Part shown: in pieces, positions 17,103 to 26,745 of the stretch
Position numbering within the stretch: the stretch's first letter is position 1
Layout: each line of letters starts with the position of its first letter
Assembly (NCBI GenBank): GCA_963719035.1
Contig: CAVRAO010000012.1
Coordinates: 152,022 to 216,021 of the forward strand
DNA length: 64,000 bases
Reading direction: 5' to 3'
DNA from: Methanobacteriota archaeon
GTDB taxonomy: Archaea > Halobacteriota > Bog-38 > Methanoflorentales > Methanoflorentaceae
The notes under the pieces: generated by a model
Databases searched by the model: none
Told to the model about the DNA's origin: nothing
What the model saw: the letters and a program-made list of their open reading frames with translations, nothing else
Program-made: the position numbers and the translations under genes

Positions 17103-18107
17103 ATGGAGATTCGAAAGGTTCAACTGACTGGCAAATCGAGTTATACAGTCTCATTGCCAAAGACTTGGGCCACACAAGTCGGTTTGAGGGAGCAATCACA
17201 AGTTGGTATATCAACGCTGCCTGACGGTTCGTTGCGCGTAACTCCAAGCGACAGTGTAAAGCCGCAAGGGCGCGGGATTTTTAACATAGAAGGCCTTTTT
17301 GACGACGCTCTTGCGCGGCAGATGATAGCCATCTACATCGCAGGTTATGATACTTTTGAGTTGCGTGCGCCTCAGATCCGATCAGAACAGCGAACGACGA
17401 TACGTGACATGTCGTACCGTCTGATAGGTATGGAAATCGTTGAAGAGACTGCAAAATCGGTCGTGATACAGGATTTTATCAGCCCTAACGAGCTTAAAAT
17501 TAAGAAATCTATTCGACGAATGCACCTCATTATCGAATCGATGCTTGCTGATGCCGTTAAATCTCTCCTTAAAAACGACAGTGACCTAGCCAATGACGTT
17601 ATTTTAAGAGATCGTGATGTCGACCGACACTACTTGCTCGTGGTTAAACGTTTGCAAGCAATGGTGAAGACCCCGTTTGCGGAAGCTTCAGATATACACG
17701 CTAACCAGAGTCTGGAGTACTATCTAACCGCAGTTTCGCTTGAACGTATCGCGGACCACGCATCCAGGATAGCGCATTGTGTGCTAACACTTGCAGGAGG
17801 ATCCGTGCCAACTGAAACCCTCAACTACATCAGCGAGGCAAGCAAGCTCTCTAGCGACATTATGCAGCTTGCAATGGATGCCTTGTCTAAGTTTGATCCA
17901 AAGCTTGCTGAAAAAGCTATCGCAACAAAAAGCAGCCAAATCACTATACTTAAGAGAGCTGAGGCGATGACGTTTGACCTCAACGCGCATATAGCGCTGC
18001 CGCTTAACTGTATCGCGAATAGTATCGACCGCGTTGCAGACTATGGAATGAATATAGCTGAAGTAGCCATAAATCTCTCGGTCGCGCAATCTCAGAATCA
18101 AATGTAA
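17103..18107 (+). CDS. Phosphate uptake regulator, AbrB/SpoVT-like N-terminal domain fused to PhoU repeats
   Basis: MEIRKVQLTGKSSYTVSLPKTWA is a looped-hinge AbrB-like N-terminus. It is followed by two PhoU-type helical repeats (ERIADHASRIA, DRVADYGMNIA). This is the first gene of the pst cluster. Confidence 0.85.
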   Translation: MEIRKVQLTGKSSYTVSLPKTWATQVGLREQSQVGISTLPDGSLRVTPSDSVKPQGRGIFNIEGLFDDALARQMIAIYIAGYDTFELRAPQIRSEQRTTIRDMSYRLIGMEIVEETAKSVVIQDFISPNELKIKKSIRRMHLIIESMLADAVKSLLKNDSDLANDVILRDRDVDRHYLLVVKRLQAMVKTPFAEASDIHANQSLEYYLTAVSLERIADHASRIAHCVLTLAGGSVPTETLNYISEASKLSSDIMQLAMDALSKFDPKLAEKAIATKSSQITILKRAEAMTFDLNAHIALPLNCIANSIDRVADYGMNIAEVAINLSVAQSQNQM

Positions 18108-18136
18108 TCTATACGTCGTCTGATGCATAAAGTTAT

Positions 18137-18153
18137 CTATATAGTCTATATAG
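18137..18153 (+). promoter_or_regulatory. Two tandem CTATATAG octamers upstream of pstS
   Basis: Copies at 18137-18144 and 18146-18153. The pstS ATG at 18209 lies 56 nt after the second copy. Confidence 0.35.
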
Positions 18154-18208
18154 TTTATATAAGATATTGATATGATCTATATTGGCTCTATGGAGCTGTG
18201 GTGACTTA

Positions 18209-19072
18209 ATGAAGAAACTTTTACCAATAGTGTTAGTATCAATGCTCGTCGCAGTTGCGGTTTTTGGAGCAGGATGTACATCTAGCACGAACAACACAGC
18301 CAGCGGCGCAAAGCTGCAGCTTGCCGGATCAACGAGCGTTCAGCCTCACGCAGAACTTCTAGCAAAGGCTTTCCAAGCTAATAACTCGGGCGTACAGGTA
18401 TTCGTACAAGGCGGCGGATCGTCTGCGGGCGTAACAGCCGTCGGCGAAGGTACTGCTGAGATCGGCATGTCGTCTGCAAACTTGTCGACGAGTCAAAAAA
18501 CCAAGTATCCGGACCTCAAAGCGGTGCCCATTGCCGTTGATGGAATAGCTATTATTGTCAGCCCACAAAACGGCGTCAACAATCTGACGATGAATCAGAC
18601 TCGTGACATCTTCACCGGCAACATAACCAACTGGAACCAGGTCGGCGGATCTGATGCGAAGATAAACGTCGTTAACCGTGAAGAGGGATCCGGGACCCGT
18701 GATGGGATACAAAAGATCGTGTTGAAAGGTGGCAATTTTAGCACCGGAGGAATCACGCAATCTTCAACCGGCGCCGTGAGATCGTACGTTGCTGGGGATC
18801 CAAACGCAATCGGTTATATATCGTACGCTGAGGTAGACAACTCTGTTAAAGCACTCAATATTAACGGCGTTCCTCCGACGTATGATACCATAGCCAATGG
18901 GACTTACTCGATTCAGCGCAACTTCCTCTTTGTCACGAAGGGAGATCCGACGGGAAATGCAAAGGCCTTTATAGACTACACTCAAAGTCTTGGAGGGCAA
19001 GCGATATTGAAGGCGGATAAGCTAATTTCAATCAGCGACGTTTCCGTGACGACGACGACATCAGCAAAGTAA
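18209..19072 (+). CDS. pstS: Phosphate ABC transporter substrate-binding protein PstS
   Basis: MKKLLPIVLVSMLVAVAVFGAGC signal/lipobox, then a PBP fold with the same motifs as 6167-7009. First transporter gene of pstSCAB. Confidence 0.9.
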   Translation: MKKLLPIVLVSMLVAVAVFGAGCTSSTNNTASGAKLQLAGSTSVQPHAELLAKAFQANNSGVQVFVQGGGSSAGVTAVGEGTAEIGMSSANLSTSQKTKYPDLKAVPIAVDGIAIIVSPQNGVNNLTMNQTRDIFTGNITNWNQVGGSDAKINVVNREEGSGTRDGIQKIVLKGGNFSTGGITQSSTGAVRSYVAGDPNAIGYISYAEVDNSVKALNINGVPPTYDTIANGTYSIQRNFLFVTKGDPTGNAKAFIDYTQSLGGQAILKADKLISISDVSVTTTTSAK

Positions 19073-19123
19073 ATAAAGACCAACCACCGCCAATCACCTC
19101 CCCCCTCCTTTTTTTAAGAGGGA

Positions 19124-20038
19124 GTGATCAGCATCAAGCCGAACATAGCAGCGCGTTCGCTTCGCAGATCTGCAACCCGTGACATTAGAGAACGCACTAT
19201 AGCGCTGTTTCTGCTATTGTGTGGAATCTCCTCAGTTTTTGCCATTTTTCTCATAATCGCGTTCGTGTTCGCTGCGGGATTGCCATTCCTCGTGCAGGCA
19301 GGTCCAAGCTTCGTAATATCGAGCGTTTGGCGTCCGACAGACAGCTTCGCTCAAGGACTATGGGGTATCTTTCCGATCATCATCGGATCATTGATTGTCA
19401 CGTTGGGTGCCGTTGCGATTGGCACGCCGCTTGGCGTTGCTTGCGCTATTTTTTTGGCTGAAATCGCTCCTGCTCCAGTCCGACGCGTGCTCGTGCCCTC
19501 AGTAAATGCGTTGGCAGCTGTCCCTTCGGTCGTTTACGGGTTCTTCGGCCTATTAGTGCTCGTGCCCTGGATACGTGAGCAGTTTGGCGGATTTGGAACT
19601 AGTGTCTTCGCTGCGTGGATCATACTCTTTATTATGATCTTGCCGACGATTATCAGTATTTCAACAGATTCTATCCGAGCGGTGCCTCGGGAGTATAAAG
19701 AGGGCAGCCTAGCCATGGGCGCGACGCACTGGCAGACTATAAGGGGTGTCTTGGTTCCCGCAGCGGGTTCAGGAATAATAGCGAGTGTCATTCTCGGCAT
19801 GGGACGAGCCATCGGTGAGACGATGGCAGTGCTTATGGTGGCGGGTAATTCTATAAGCATCCCAACCTCAATATTCGCTCCAACGAGCACGCTCACTGCA
19901 CAGATTGCCCTTGAGATGGGATACGCCACCGGCGCGCATCGCGAGGCGCTCTTTGCGATGGGCATCGTGCTTTTTGCGTTTATTATGCTCCTCACGGGGC
20001 TCGCAAACCTAGCAAGCAGGAGGCGCATCAACTACTGA
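19124..20038 (+). CDS. pstC: Phosphate ABC transporter permease PstC
   Basis: 304 aa, multi-TM, with the EAA-like loop (REYKEGSLAMGATHWQTI). Confidence 0.9.
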   Translation: MISIKPNIAARSLRRSATRDIRERTIALFLLLCGISSVFAIFLIIAFVFAAGLPFLVQAGPSFVISSVWRPTDSFAQGLWGIFPIIIGSLIVTLGAVAIGTPLGVACAIFLAEIAPAPVRRVLVPSVNALAAVPSVVYGFFGLLVLVPWIREQFGGFGTSVFAAWIILFIMILPTIISISTDSIRAVPREYKEGSLAMGATHWQTIRGVLVPAAGSGIIASVILGMGRAIGETMAVLMVAGNSISIPTSIFAPTSTLTAQIALEMGYATGAHREALFAMGIVLFAFIMLLTGLANLASRRRINY

Positions 20039-20886
20039 TGGAGACGAAACGGAGTGAGCTGGTGCCCATGGCTTTGCTGTGGGGGGCTGGAATTACAACG
20101 CTTGTCATACTTATTATTATATTGGCCTATATACTAGCAAACGGCTTGCCCGTCCTTAGCTGGCACTTCTTGACGGGCGAGCCTGCGCTTTGGGGGCAAA
20201 CCGGTGGGGGTATCTATTCCACAATCGTTGCGACGTTAGCGGTCACCGGAGTAAGCCTGCTCGTAGCTGCGCCGCTCAGCGTTGGAGGGGCCATATATCT
20301 TAACGAATATACCAAAGAGACCCCCTTGCGAAAGATAATCCGCCAGGCCGCAGAGATTCTGGCAGGTATACCGTCCATCATTGTCGGCCTCTTTGGGTTC
20401 CTTTTCTTTGTTATCTACCTGGCGCCGGTTACGGGGGGCTGGTCGATGATCTCGGGTGGACTAACCTTGGCTTTCATGGTGCTGCCGATATCGCTAAGAA
20501 CTTCGGAAGAGGCACTCAAAACTGTCCCTGCAGAGCTCCGCGAAGGGAGTCTCGGTCTTGGCGCGACGAAATGGCAGTCAATAACTACTGTTGTTCTGCC
20601 CATCGCGCTGCCAGGAATCGTCACAGGGCTTATCCTCGGAGCCGGACGTGCGGTCGGCGAAACCGCTGCCATTCTCCTTACGGCGGGTGGCTCCTTGAAC
20701 TTGATCCAGAGCCTCCGCGATCCTGGCCGCCCTATGACGCTTAACATCTACAACGTCCTGACTGAGTATCGCGACACTACCACTGCCTACGGAACAGCCG
20801 CCGTACTGATTATTGCCATCCTTGCCATCACACTTATTACTGACTTTCTAATGAACAACTATACTAAGAAGCTCAAGGGGCAGTAG
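20038..20886 (+). CDS. pstA: Phosphate ABC transporter permease PstA
   Basis: 282 aa, multi-TM, with the loop [16 protein letters not shown]. Its start overlaps the pstC stop (TGATG). Confidence 0.9.
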   Translation: METKRSELVPMALLWGAGITTLVILIIILAYILANGLPVLSWHFLTGEPALWGQTGGGIYSTIVATLAVTGVSLLVAAPLSVGGAIYLNEYTKETPLRKIIRQAAEILAGIPSIIVGLFGFLFFVIYLAPVTGGWSMISGGLTLAFMVLPISLRTSEEALKTVPAELREGSLGLGATKWQSITTVVLPIALPGIVTGLILGAGRAVGETAAILLTAGGSLNLIQSLRDPGRPMTLNIYNVLTEYRDTTTAYGTAAVLIIAILAITLITDFLMNNYTKKLKGQ

Positions 20887-20891
20887 AGGAG

Positions 20892-21653
20892 ATGAATAAC
20901 GCCATAGAAATCAGCGTTAAGAACCTAAACCTCTGGTTCGGCAAGTTCCAAGCGCTAAAGAACGTTAGCATCGACATCCCAAAGAATCAGGTGACAGCTC
21001 TCATTGGCCCCTCTGGGTGTGGAAAGTCGACCTTTATCAAAACGCTTGATAGAATGAACGATCTAGTAGACAATGTCAAAATTACAGGCGAGGTGCTTTA
21101 CCAAGGCGCGAACATCCTCAATTCAGATACAGATGTTGTTGAGCTGCGCAAGCAGATCGGAATGGTGTTTCAGAAGCCCAATCCGTTTCCGAAGTCTGTC
21201 TTCGATAACGTCGCTTACGGCCCTAAGGTGCACGGGGTTCGAAAAAAGCATAATCTGAACGAAGTTGTGGAACGCAGTCTAAAAGCAGCTGCACTCTGGG
21301 ACGAAGTAAAAGATCGATTGAGCGAATCCGCGCTGAGGCTATCAGGCGGTCAGCAGCAGCGGCTCTGTATCGCACGACTACTCGCTGTCGAACCTGAAGT
21401 CCTCCTCATGGATGAGCCCGCTTCCGCGCTCGATCCGATTGCCACGGCGAAGATCGAGGATCTGATATATGACCTCAAAAAGGATTATACAATTATTATT
21501 GTCACTCACAACATGCAGCAAGCAGCGCGCGTCGCTTCAAATACTGCTTTTTTTTACCTAGGCGAGCTCATAGAATATGCCTCTACGATAGATTTATTTG
21601 AACGGCCTCAAGATAAGAGAACAGAGGACTACGTAACCGGAAAGTTTGGATAA
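20892..21653 (+). CDS. pstB: Phosphate ABC transporter ATP-binding protein PstB
   Basis: Walker [10 protein letters not shown], signature LSGGQQQR and Walker B LLMDEP. Confidence 0.95.
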   Translation: MNNAIEISVKNLNLWFGKFQALKNVSIDIPKNQVTALIGPSGCGKSTFIKTLDRMNDLVDNVKITGEVLYQGANILNSDTDVVELRKQIGMVFQKPNPFPKSVFDNVAYGPKVHGVRKKHNLNEVVERSLKAAALWDEVKDRLSESALRLSGGQQQRLCIARLLAVEPEVLLMDEPASALDPIATAKIEDLIYDLKKDYTIIIVTHNMQQAARVASNTAFFYLGELIEYASTIDLFERPQDKRTEDYVTGKFG

Positions 21654-21665
21654 GATACGATAGAT

Positions 21666-22331
21666 ATGGCTAGGAAGCGTTACGTTAGAAAGTTGAAAGA
21701 GTTGCGGCAAAACGTCATAGATATGGGTGCCGTGACGGTGCAATCAGTTGAGAATGTGGTTGCTGCACTTGAGACGAGTGATACAGCGCTTGCTGAGCGT
21801 GTAATAGCGGACGACGACGACATAGACAATTACGACAGAAAGATTGAGTCGCAGAGCATGACACTTCTCGCATTAGAACAGCCGATGGCAAAAGACCTCA
21901 GAATAATTGCCACCTCGTTAAAGATGATCACTGATTTAGAGCGCATCGGTGATTTCGTCGTCGATATAGCCGAAGAGGTCGTCGCTATGGCAAAACCCAT
22001 TCATATACCCGTTTCCGCAACGAAATTCAACGAGCTCGTCGCTGAAGTCAAGTCGATGGTCGCTGATAGCATCGAAACGTATGCGGAAGGCAACGTTCAA
22101 AGGGCACGCAGCTTTGAGGGGCGCGACGACAGAATTGACTTTCTGTACAAACACATCGTTGAAAACATGGTTAAAGCGCTGGCACAAGGCCAATGTTCGA
22201 CGGAAACCGTTGCTGACGTGGCAAGCCTGTTATACATTATTCGATACCTTGAGCGCATCGCAGATCATGCGGTCAACATTGGCAATCGTGTCTGTTACAT
22301 GGAAGAAGGCGACCGACGCTACTTGAAATAG
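21666..22331 (+). CDS. phoU: Phosphate signalling complex protein PhoU
   Basis: 221 aa with two PhoU repeats (DLERIGDFVVDIA, YLERIADHAVNIG). Confidence 0.9.
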   Translation: MARKRYVRKLKELRQNVIDMGAVTVQSVENVVAALETSDTALAERVIADDDDIDNYDRKIESQSMTLLALEQPMAKDLRIIATSLKMITDLERIGDFVVDIAEEVVAMAKPIHIPVSATKFNELVAEVKSMVADSIETYAEGNVQRARSFEGRDDRIDFLYKHIVENMVKALAQGQCSTETVADVASLLYIIRYLERIADHAVNIGNRVCYMEEGDRRYLK

Positions 22332-22612
22332 TAAACTTCTTGCATAACGCTAACCTCAAGGCGTTGTTTGGTCACGGGCGCGATCATACCGCTCTCGCGA
22401 CCACCTCGTCTGTCCTCACGCCGACATTGTAGGACATTTTTTCAAAAATACCTCGATCGGAGTTTGATGGTGTTACTTACAGTTGCGTCGGCGTGGAGCG
22501 CACGAATCATCACTTTAGAAGGGGCAAGATCCACGCTAAGATGGCGACAACGCAATATGTTAAGGCGTCTAGTTAGTAGAAAAGGAAGAAATTCGCAGAA
22601 AGGAGGTATCAC

Positions 22613-23566
22613 ATGGGTTTTTCATCGACCACAATAAGAGCTCCGTTAGACGTTCCCCAAGAGATGCGGACTGAATATGTAAAAAATTTGTTTAGTATTA
22701 CCCGGGGAAGCGGCCGTCTGATGTTGTTTGCGGGAGATCAGAAGATAGAACACTTAAATGATGATTTCTATGGCCCTGGAATCTCGCCTGAGGACAACGA
22801 TCCTGAACACCTATTTCGCATCGCGAGCAGCGCTGAAATCGGGTGTTTTGCGACCCAACTGGGCTTGCTTGCTCGCTATGGTGAGGATTATCCGCACGTT
22901 AACTACCTCGTCAAACTTAATTCCAAGACGAATGTTATAAAGACGGAACAGGCAGAGCCTTTGAGTGGCGCGTTTTATTCATTGGCCCAAGTCGATGAGT
23001 TTCGGCAGCATTCGTCCTTAAGCATTCCTGCCGTCGGATATACGATTTACGCGGGAAGTGAACACGAAGCGCAGATGTTGCGAGAGGCGGCCCAGGTTAT
23101 CTACGGGGCCCACAAACGTGGGATGATCGTGGTTGTTTGGATCTATCCCCGTGGCGCGGCCGTAAACGATGAGCACGACCCACATCTCATTGCCGGAGCA
23201 GCTGGATTGGGCTGCACCCTCGGCGCTGATTTTGTGAAAGTAAACTATCCAAAGAAAGACGGCGTTGATTCCAAAGAGGCCCTCAAGGAGGCCGTACAGG
23301 CCGCAGGAAGGTGTAAAGTACTGTGCGCCGGGGGCTCAAGCGTTGACGTTAAGCTCTTTCTCGAGCGTCTTTGGGAGCAGATATTCGTAAGCGGCGCCGG
23401 CGGCAATGCGACAGGTAGGAACATCCACCAGAAGCGGCTTAAAGAAGCCATTCAAATGTGCAATGCAATCTCAGCCATCGTCGTAAACGGGGCAGGCGCA
23501 GAAGAAGCACTGGACATCTATACGGGAAGAAAAGAGTTTAAAGTGAAAGACTATACCATGCCGTGA
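22613..23566 (+). CDS. Class I aldolase, FbaB/DhnA (DeoC/LacD) family, probably fructose-bisphosphate aldolase
   Basis: AAAGGAGGT RBS. Motifs KLNSKT, YAGSEHE, GADFVKVNYP (Schiff-base Lys) and GRNIHQ. It is adjacent to a 1-phosphofructokinase-like gene. Confidence 0.78.
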   Translation: MGFSSTTIRAPLDVPQEMRTEYVKNLFSITRGSGRLMLFAGDQKIEHLNDDFYGPGISPEDNDPEHLFRIASSAEIGCFATQLGLLARYGEDYPHVNYLVKLNSKTNVIKTEQAEPLSGAFYSLAQVDEFRQHSSLSIPAVGYTIYAGSEHEAQMLREAAQVIYGAHKRGMIVVVWIYPRGAAVNDEHDPHLIAGAAGLGCTLGADFVKVNYPKKDGVDSKEALKEAVQAAGRCKVLCAGGSSVDVKLFLERLWEQIFVSGAGGNATGRNIHQKRLKEAIQMCNAISAIVVNGAGAEEALDIYTGRKEFKVKDYTMP

Positions 23567-23626
23567 ATCGATGTTGCGTCTTGGATGACGCCGCATGCGT
23601 TATCTTTCCACGAATAGAAGGGAGCC

Positions 23627-24553
23627 ATGATATACACGATCACGCTGAATCCTGCGCTTGACCGTATCCTCACTGTTGAGTCTATTGAGTATCATAACCC
23701 TAATCGGGTGGACGGCGATGAGCGATATGCAGGCGGCAAAGGCATCGACGTTTCCAAAGCGCTCACCCGGCTTGGCGTGGACAATAAAGCAATAGGCTTT
23801 TCTGGTGGGTTCACTGGGCAGGAGCTCGAAGGATCCCTTTTCAATCTCGGAGTAAACTGCGAGTTTGTCAGAATCTCTGCCGAAACCCGCACCAACGTGT
23901 ATATTCACGAGAAAGCACGAAACCGGCAGATCTCGTTCAACCTGCGCGGGCCTTTGATCCAGTCCTTCGAGCTTATGGAATTGATCGACGTCATCAAAGG
24001 TTTCAAGGATGCTAATTACATTATCCTCAGCGGCAGTATTCCCCCTGGGGTCAATCCGATCATTTATGAAAAAATCGTAGAGATCGCAAAGGCCAAAGGG
24101 GCGAAGGTCGTTCTCGATTCTGACGATGAGCCTTTCAAGGCAGGTTTGAGGGCGAAACCCCATATTATCAAGCCGAATGTTCGCGAGCTTGAACGACTGA
24201 TGGCTAGGCAGCTCAAAGACATCGGTGCGGTCGTCGACGCCGCCGTGGAGGTGCACGAACGAGGCATCGATGTTGTCCTCGTTTCAATGGGTGCGAAAGG
24301 CGTGCTGCTCGTGACTAAAGATGAACGCTGGATGGCGCGCCCGCCACGAGTAACTGTTGTGAATACCATCGGCGCCGGAGATTCGGCCGTTGCCGGGTTT
24401 GTTCACAGCTTGGTCTTGGGCGAGAGCTGCAAGGAGGCAGTAAAGCGGGCGGCAGCGACCGGAACAGCGGCAACTCTTATCAATGACGTTTCAATAACCC
24501 AAGAAAGCGTAGACGCGATTCTTGCGCAAGTAAAGGTCCGCCGGGCCACTTAG
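23627..24553 (+). CDS. PfkB-family sugar kinase, 1-phosphofructokinase-like
   Basis: MIYTITLNPALDR N-terminus typical of FruK/LacC, and a C-terminal GAGDS motif (NTIGAGDSAVAGF). Confidence 0.85.
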   Translation: MIYTITLNPALDRILTVESIEYHNPNRVDGDERYAGGKGIDVSKALTRLGVDNKAIGFSGGFTGQELEGSLFNLGVNCEFVRISAETRTNVYIHEKARNRQISFNLRGPLIQSFELMELIDVIKGFKDANYIILSGSIPPGVNPIIYEKIVEIAKAKGAKVVLDSDDEPFKAGLRAKPHIIKPNVRELERLMARQLKDIGAVVDAAVEVHERGIDVVLVSMGAKGVLLVTKDERWMARPPRVTVVNTIGAGDSAVAGFVHSLVLGESCKEAVKRAAATGTAATLINDVSITQESVDAILAQVKVRRAT

Positions 24554-24571
24554 AGGGTGTGCGCTCCGCCA

Positions 24572-25345
24572 CTATCGATTTCGATAGGCGTTGATTTCAT
24601 TTCGGAAATGTGCCGCCACCTTATGAGGTGATTGCGCGAAAATTATGTCCCTCGAAATGGCGATGATGCCCATACGCCCGTCAGCGTTAGTTCCGCTTGT
24701 AACTGCAGTCTGGAGGTCACCGCCTTGTGATCCAACGCCCGGGATGAGGAGTGGGGTACCCTCACCTACAAGACCGCGTATTGTTTTTAGCTCGCTTCCT
24801 TGGGTGGCTCCTACGACGAAGCCGAGATTGCCGTATATGTTCCATCCCAGAGCTTTCTTAGCTACGACCTGATAGAGCGGCTCTGAACATGTCAGGTCCT
24901 GTATTTCCGTCGCGCCGACGTTAGATGTCTTGCAAAGAACAAAGACGCCCTTGTTGCGCCGCTCGAGGAAGGGTTCTATTGCGTCGAGTCCCATGTAGGG
25001 GCTGACAGTGACGGCGTCACCGCCTATGATCTCGTAGATGTATTTGGCGTAAGCCTTTGATGAGTGTGCCACGTCAGCCCGTTTTGCATCGACTATGACC
25101 GGCACTCGCACGAACTCTTTAATGTACTGCACCGTTTTAATCAGGGCTTCTATGCCGGAGGGTCCGCGTGCTTCGTAGAACGCCGTATTCACCTTATAAC
25201 AGCACACTAAATCGAGCGTGGCGCTTATGATACGTTGATTAAAATCAAACGTATCACTTACCGTGCCGTCAGGGTCTAGGCCTACGCATAGCCAGCTGTT
25301 GTTCTGACGTGCCGTTTTTTCTAAGTCTCGTAAAAAAGCCACCAT
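24572..25345 (-). CDS. pyrF: Orotidine-5'-phosphate decarboxylase
   Basis: 257 aa. CVGLDP, VIVDAKRADV and PGVGSQGG motifs. Confidence 0.85.
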   Translation of the reverse strand: MVAFLRDLEKTARQNNSWLCVGLDPDGTVSDTFDFNQRIISATLDLVCCYKVNTAFYEARGPSGIEALIKTVQYIKEFVRVPVIVDAKRADVAHSSKAYAKYIYEIIGGDAVTVSPYMGLDAIEPFLERRNKGVFVLCKTSNVGATEIQDLTCSEPLYQVVAKKALGWNIYGNLGFVVGATQGSELKTIRGLVGEGTPLLIPGVGSQGGDLQTAVTSGTNADGRMGIIAISRDIIFAQSPHKVAAHFRNEINAYRNR

Positions 25346-25407
25346 TATTGTTCTATCCTGAGCTTAGTGAATATACACATCCCTCTGTTTACTGCTTATG
25401 TTGCCTT

Positions 25408-26745
25408 TTAACCACTGCTCGCGACACTGACGTCAGTTACGCGAATCGTTGGCGTCGTCAATCCAAAGTACGTCTTGGCATCTCGACTCAGCCCATCGAT
25501 CTGCTTCAGCAAATCGAGGACGTTGATTCCTATGTTCGTTTGTTTCAGAGCGTGTTTGCGTTCGCCGTTTTCGATGGAATATCCCGCGTACACCATACCG
25601 GAGAACTCCCCTGTACTCATGTTCGGGTGATCGCCTGTTGCGCGGACATAGATACCACGTCGCACGTCCTTAATAACATCAGCCTCGTGACCATTTGCGA
25701 TTATTAGATTTGTCGAAGAAATTGAAGGCGGTTGTCGATAGTCTCCCCGAGAGGCGTTTCCTGTGCTCATCTTGTCTTCTTTGTTTGCAGTATAACTGTC
25801 GTATAGATATGAACATAAGACGCCATTTTCGATGAGGGGGGTCCGCTGTGATGGCACGCCTTCCGCATCAAACGGGCTCGTCTCAAAACCGCCCTTTAGG
25901 AGCCCATCATCAACGAGCGTGAAACCGTTTATAGTGATCTGTTCGCCGATTTTTCCCGTAAGGAACGACCGATCTCGTTGTGCATCATCGGCGCTCACGG
26001 CTGTAGCAGCGGCGATAACCGGTCCCACAGCAAGTGGGTCAAAAACGACCGGCATCTTGCCCGATTGAATCGGCTGTGGATTCATGCTACTCAGTGCCAT
26101 CTCTCCTGCGGTACGCCCGACTAACTCGATGTCTAAATCGAGGCGCCGAGACGCAGCATACTCGAAGCCATTCCCACTGGCGTCTCTCTCGTGTGCAACA
26201 ACGTCCACGTCGATTGCCGCTTGCGTCCCACTGTCTGTCCCTACCACCCCGAGCGTATTTGCGATGGCATCACTAAACAGTCCGACTGATGCACCAGAAT
26301 TGATGATGTCGACGCGCTTATCAATGCGGGAAGCGTCGGCTACGTCAATGGCAAACTGCACTACGGTTGCGACATCGAGAGATGCGATTGTACGATCCCA
26401 AGTGTCGGACACAGTTGGGTAGCTCTCGGGGAGCGAAAGAGACTTAAAATCCTTATCAGGGCTCCCCGCGCGTGCTGCCGAGATCGCCTTTTCGACAGCG
26501 AATTCAACCCGTTCGAGAGATGCGTGCGCGTAGCCCATGCTGCCCTTCTTAAAGACCCGAACGCCAATGCCACACTCGAAGCCGCTTTGACTCGATTTGA
26601 TATGTCCTTTTTCGAGCTCTGCGCTAATAGAGTTCGAATGGGTGGCGAACGCCTCTCCTTGATAGATTGATGTGTCTATGAGCGCCAATGCCTGGATACA
26701 AGCGTCGAGGAGCGCGCTCTCTCGCTCAGCGGCTGTGGTCGTCAC
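25408..26745 (-). CDS. pmbA: TldD/PmbA family metalloprotease subunit (PmbA-like)
   Basis: 445 aa. TldD/PmbA fold pattern, lacks the HExxxH motif, and lies directly downstream of tldD (stop and start abut). Confidence 0.8.
   Translation of the reverse strand: MTTTAAERESALLDACIQALALIDTSIYQGEAFATHSNSISAELEKGHIKSSQSGFECGIGVRVFKKGSMGYAHASLERVEFAVEKAISAARAGSPDKDFKSLSLPESYPTVSDTWDRTIASLDVATVVQFAIDVADASRIDKRVDIINSGASVGLFSDAIANTLGVVGTDSGTQAAIDVDVVAHERDASGNGFEYAASRRLDLDIELVGRTAGEMALSSMNPQPIQSGKMPVVFDPLAVGPVIAAATAVSADDAQRDRSFLTGKIGEQITINGFTLVDDGLLKGGFETSPFDAEGVPSQRTPLIENGVLCSYLYDSYTANKEDKMSTGNASRGDYRQPPSISSTNLIIANGHEADVIKDVRRGIYVRATGDHPNMSTGEFSGMVYAGYSIENGERKHALKQTNIGINVLDLLKQIDGLSRDAKTYFGLTTPTIRVTDVSVASSG

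Noticed and set aside
17081-17103. The idea that the AbrB-PhoU regulator mRNA is leaderless
   Set aside because: The TTTATATA at 17081-17088 ends only 15 nt before the ATG, which is too close for the usual TATA-to-TSS spacing of about 25 nt. An alternative AT-rich box at 17061-17070 would give a short leader. This cannot be decided from sequence alone.
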